Below, in pieces: positions 60,168 through 64,000 of a stretch of 64,000 bases of DNA. Origin of the DNA: Perkinsus chesapeaki ATCC PRA-425 (lineage: Eukaryota > Protista > Perkinsozoa); assembly GCA_013115145.1 (NCBI GenBank), contig JAAPAO010000001.1, positions 124,001 through 188,000 on the forward strand, in the 5' to 3' direction. Under the pieces are notes generated by a model, which ran no database searches, was not told where the DNA came from, and saw only the letters and a list, made by a program, of their open reading frames with translations. Positions within the stretch are counted from its first letter, which is position 1, and each line of letters starts with the position of its first letter. The translations under genes were made by a program, and so were the position numbers.

Positions 60168-60584
60168 ATGGCAGCTCGTAACCCCGGCCCAACACTTCAA
60201 GCAGCTCCTCTTGGTCTACCAACCTTCCGTAGAAGGAATCTTAGGGATCATATGGCAAGGTTGGCATTCAAAGATTCCGAGGTAGATACTTATCTTAACT
60301 TGAGCTAAAGATACTTCATAGGTTAATACGAGGGTATACAAAGTGGTTTACGAGAACTTAGGAGTTTTCGGTAGAATCGACGCCAATAAGATGGTAGGTA
60401 AAAACAGGATACGTAACAGAGACATTCAAGTTGGTCATGCTAATGAGGTTAAAAGGTAATACCGATATAAAAGATACTTCCATTCACCCAAAGATACACC
60501 CGTATGAGCCGATTTGGCTTCCACCAGGCTCTTAGGGAAGGCTGGCTGTTAAAATACGGTTACGATCCGGATAGGGCACGCTGA
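60168..60584 (+). CDS. MRPS14: Mitochondrial ribosomal protein uS14m, divergent (missed by the ORF track because of short exons)
   Basis: Four exons give NLRDHMARLAFKDSEVNTRVYK...VGHANEVKRYTRMSRFGFHQALREGWLLKYG. The R[ML]SR..F...A..G.L pattern is the S14 C-terminal signature. Confidence 0.7.
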
Positions 60585-60687
60585 CACTTTGAGCTGCATG
60601 TCAATTTCACCGTGGAGTTTCGGTCGACCATTCCTGTGACTTGGTTGTAGTTATCAATATTCCATCTTTGCTAGTTCGTTATTACCT

Positions 60688-62478
60688 ATGAGCCTTAGTA
60701 GCCCCCCTTCACTACATACAGGCTCACAGTTCCGGTCTATTACAAGTGGTGACCATGGTAGTAGAGAGGGAAGGGAGGCAGAGGAGGAGTATGACCTTGA
60801 AGATCCCATCTCTAGTAACAGTAGCACAACCTCCTCCTCATCTCCATCACACATAGTTGAGCCGCCAGTGAGCGTTGATGAGGTGATGGCTCTCTGGTGG
60901 GTTACCACAGTTTGCTTGCCTATCAGACGATTCTTCTGCGTCAAAGGCTGGCCGACCTAGAGCAGCTCTTGGAGGCATCTCGGTAGTAGAGGTGTCGGCG
61001 TCAACCTGTATGCTCACTACAGGGAAGGTGATCGGCATAACGCCAGGCAAAGGCAGCTTGAAAGGGATGTCTATAAGAAGAAGCTTCAGGACCTTACTCA
61101 GAAGCTCGGAGAGTACGGCAAGCTGCACTTGGACTCTGAGCTGATGGTCGGCTTAGGTTTCAAAGCATGGAAATTAAAGTGTTGGAAATGCAGCAAGAAC
61201 TAAGTGAAGTTAGAGAGGAGAGGCATAAGGTGGCACAGGAGACTGTCAGGCTACGGGAGAGAAATGCCGAGCTGGCTAAGGTGGGGCTCGGGAGTGAGTT
61301 GTGGGAAAGTTGGTAGTAGGAGTACGCTACTAGTGTTGCACGATGGAAGACAAGTGCTGGTGATATAAAGAAGGAGAATGAACGATTGAGAGGGAAGTTG
61401 TCGTCGAAGAGAGACAAAATAAAAAGGCTTGAGGTGAAGGAAATGCGGTAGCTTACCACTGTAGAGTTGGGTACTAGGATGAACTGTCGCATGCCAAGCA
61501 GTTGAATGAGATACATAAAGGTACTGATGCTAGGTTAAGGTAGGGAGGAGGGTTGCATAGGAATATTCACTATCAGCTTTGTATGGCCATTAACTGCTAA
61601 CCTTTGACTTTCTCCAATTTATCATCTGTTTCATCGGCTACATGTTCCATACCGCGGCTCCTTCTCCTCCTCTTCCTAGCACGGGGCAGAGTACTTGGCA
61701 CTCAGGGAGTGTGAAGAGGAGCTAAGGTCCACGAAGATGGATCTTGAGGCAGCCCTTTCAGACGCCAGACATGGCTCACAGGAGGTCCTGTCTTGCCTAC
61801 CATACCTTTGCCACATATCTGTTATAGGTTGCGAACCTTCGTGGCAAATGTAACTCCATTGGTGCTCGTCTAAAAGCAGCAGAGGAGCAGCTAGTGAGGG
61901 CTAGGCGGGCCACAGTTCATCATGCTGAGGAAGCTCCTAGGCCGCCATCCACGGGTTAGTAGTGCGGGGTGCTGCTCTAGGCAACGGGGCACTGCTTGTA
62001 ACAGGAACACTATCGGCCCCTGGGGGTAGGATGGCAGCGCCATCCCAGCTGCCTGCTTCGCCGGAGAGACCTAGGGTAGGGCTGGCTCCAAAGGCTGTTG
62101 CCTTATTAACTGAGTAGTCGACTGGACGATTGGCGTATGGAGATGTCAGAGCTTACTCTCCCCAAAGGACAGGGTGGCAGCAGCAGCAGCAGCAGCCAAT
62201 GGCAACCATGCCGCACTGTAGGGCCATCACGGTACCGTGAACACTATATGTGGGCAGATTTCCTTCCGCCTCCATTGTCTCCTCAAGCATCAGCTGTCCC
62301 GTTGCCTACAAGGAACTATGTCCCTGTTCTTCAATCGTCGTGTGGTAGATACTCTCCTCAGTACCCCTCCCCACAGGTAAGCGTGCCATCGCTGCTGCTA
62401 GCATGACTTGTTGGTCAGAGGATGGGTTCCTCACCTATCCCTCCGATGCCCATACCTATTGTTAGGAGGCCCCAGTGA
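60688..62478 (+). CDS. Multi-exon coiled-coil protein with S/P-rich termini
   Basis: Exons include LADLEQLLEASR, MEIKVLEMQQELSEVREERHK and CEEELRSTKMDLEAAL, separated by GT-AG introns. Confidence 0.6.
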
Positions 62479-62570
62479 TGATGCTCATGTTGCTTTTACG
62501 GCTGGTGTTACACAACCATGGGTTGAGTTGTAGTAGCTTTGAGTACCATAAATAGCGTGTTTGTTACTCC

Positions 62571-63447
62571 ATGGGCCGTGCCAAGAAGGGCAGTAAAGCA
62601 CCGCCGACATCACGGAGCGTACGTAACAATAGGTCCACGGGTCGACAGCTTTTTCGAACTCATCAGGCTATAGTGCTGTCAACTGGGGACATCTTGGATG
62701 CCGCTCGAGACCTAAGGGAGCTGCCAGTAACCTTGGGGGACAACATCACCTTTCATCGAGGTGGCAAACTTTCCAAGGCTATATTAGACAAGATAATCGA
62801 TATTACTAGAGATAATATGAAGGTCTTCTTGGAGTCGTCGCCTAGTACAAGTTGATTGCTTCATCAGAGCTCCTACGACGCGGCCCTTGGATGGGACAAT
62901 TGGGATGATCATGTTAAGAGGGATGAGATGACGCATAAGAACTCACGTTTCTTGCTCGAATGGAAAAGTGCTGCTGCTGTTGAATTCCCTGCAACCTTTT
63001 CACGTACTTGTCAGATTCTACACTGCCTCATTCCCCCGACGACCTTGTGGCATTCGTGCACTTTCGCTTTGAAAGAGCAGATGACGACGATCAGGAATCC
63101 GTAGCAACGCCCTTCTCTGCGCTTAACAGGCTTGTTCAGGTCCTCTATGTGTATGAGATACAAGTAGTGCCCTCCCATCAACGACAAGGAGTTGGTCGAC
63201 AGCTCATGCAGCTCGTTGAATCTATTGCTGTCCAATTGGGAATAGATAAGGTGAACATCTCGCCAGCTACTCCTATGCAGCGCCTCACGGCCCCCCTTAG
63301 ATTATGCTTACCTGCCTCAAGAATCGTCCAGAAGGGCTTGCCTTTTATAAATCCAAATTGCACTACGAGCTGCATAGGTCAAGTCCTGAGATATGCGGTC
63401 AGCCGAGCCCTGCATATGAGATACTCCACAAAGATATGCGGAAATGA
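62571..63447 (+). CDS. NAA40: N-alpha-acetyltransferase 40 (NatD; histone H4/H2A N-terminal acetyltransferase)
   Basis: ITRDNMK, GWDNWDDHVKRDEM, LVAFVHFRF, VLYVYEIQV...QRQGVGRQLM, IMLTCLK.....AFY and C-terminal SSP....YEIL. Confidence 0.9.
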
Positions 63448-63519
63448 AGGCGAACTAGTGAATTATTAAATTGAACGAATGCTCTCCTGCACATGTCCAC
63501 CGCCGCTATTGGCGCTAGT

Positions 63520-64000
63520 GTTGCGTTATATACCGTTCAAATCTGTTCTCGTATAGTTGGGAGGCGCCAGTGCTCCAGCGTCTCAGAAAGGCCAGCAATT
63601 TCGGACTATTTGCCCCCACTAGAGCAACGACGGGATCGCCGCCGCCGTCCTGGCTCCATTTCGGGCTTCTTCACCTGGGCACATGACAAGTTCATGGAGA
63701 GGCCTTTGCTGAATGGGATGGTTTTAGTTAACTGTAAAATACTTCCGCGCGGACGCTAATACCACCATCCTCTTCAGGCATTGTGTACGGGGCTTGGAGA
63801 TGCACAGCCTTCAGTTTTCGGGTTACCCCGCGGGAAGGTGAACGTCTGCGGCGGTTTCTTATGAATAATTTCACATGTTCATGGGATGACCTAGTAACCA
63901 AAGGACGATGGCATCAGAGCATCTTATACGGTAAGGCTCACTATGCTCGTCGTGGTAATTGATGCTGCTGCTTTGGCGGCCAGTACAGGTTTCTCTCACA
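63520..64000 (-). CDS. Probable 3' exons of a gene entering from the right edge
   Basis: Minus-strand open segments flanked by GT/AG (SSHEHVKLFIRNRRRRSPSR...). The end point is not resolved. Confidence 0.3.

Noticed and set aside
1-64000. Transposons, CRISPR arrays, rRNA and SL-RNA genes
   Set aside because: I saw no RT, integrase, transposase or recombinase motifs, no TIR/LTR pairs, no spaced direct repeats, and no full SL or rRNA sequence.

Overview
Eukaryotic, gene-dense, roughly 50% GC nuclear DNA with many very short (about 25-60 nt) GT-AG introns and tiny intergenic spacers. The style and gene content point to a perkinsid alveolate (Perkinsus-like); this is an inference. About 27 protein-coding genes sit in alternating co-directional blocks. 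Recognisable genes are: DnaJ, a CEP135-like coiled coil, a membrane RING-H2 E3, a GT47 exostosin, DUF218, CLN3/battenin, V-ATPase subunit e, a PDZ-GRAB golgin, Rtf1, Nup155, a Myb-like/AT-hook protein, a NIPA Mg transporter, GST, a BK-type K+ channel, a PH-RING protein, a fused pseudouridine glycosidase-kinase, a ROD/KNTC1-like protein, MMTAG2, mitochondrial uS14 and NAA40. I found no rRNA, tRNA, CRISPR array, SL-RNA gene or clear transposon. All gene models were spliced and translated by eye, so exon boundaries and some starts are approximate, and family calls come from remembered motifs rather than searches. The best leads are: a ROD/KNTC1-like kinetochore-corona protein with an acidic N-terminus; a secreted/cytosolic pair of orphan paralogs; an internally duplicated Myb-like protein; a protein with repeated SP[FW]DxR[FY] motifs; a C-terminally short Nup155; a reading-frame break in the K+ channel N-terminus; and a layout of very short same-strand spacers, with TGACG/GTGACG motifs in the longer or divergent spacers.
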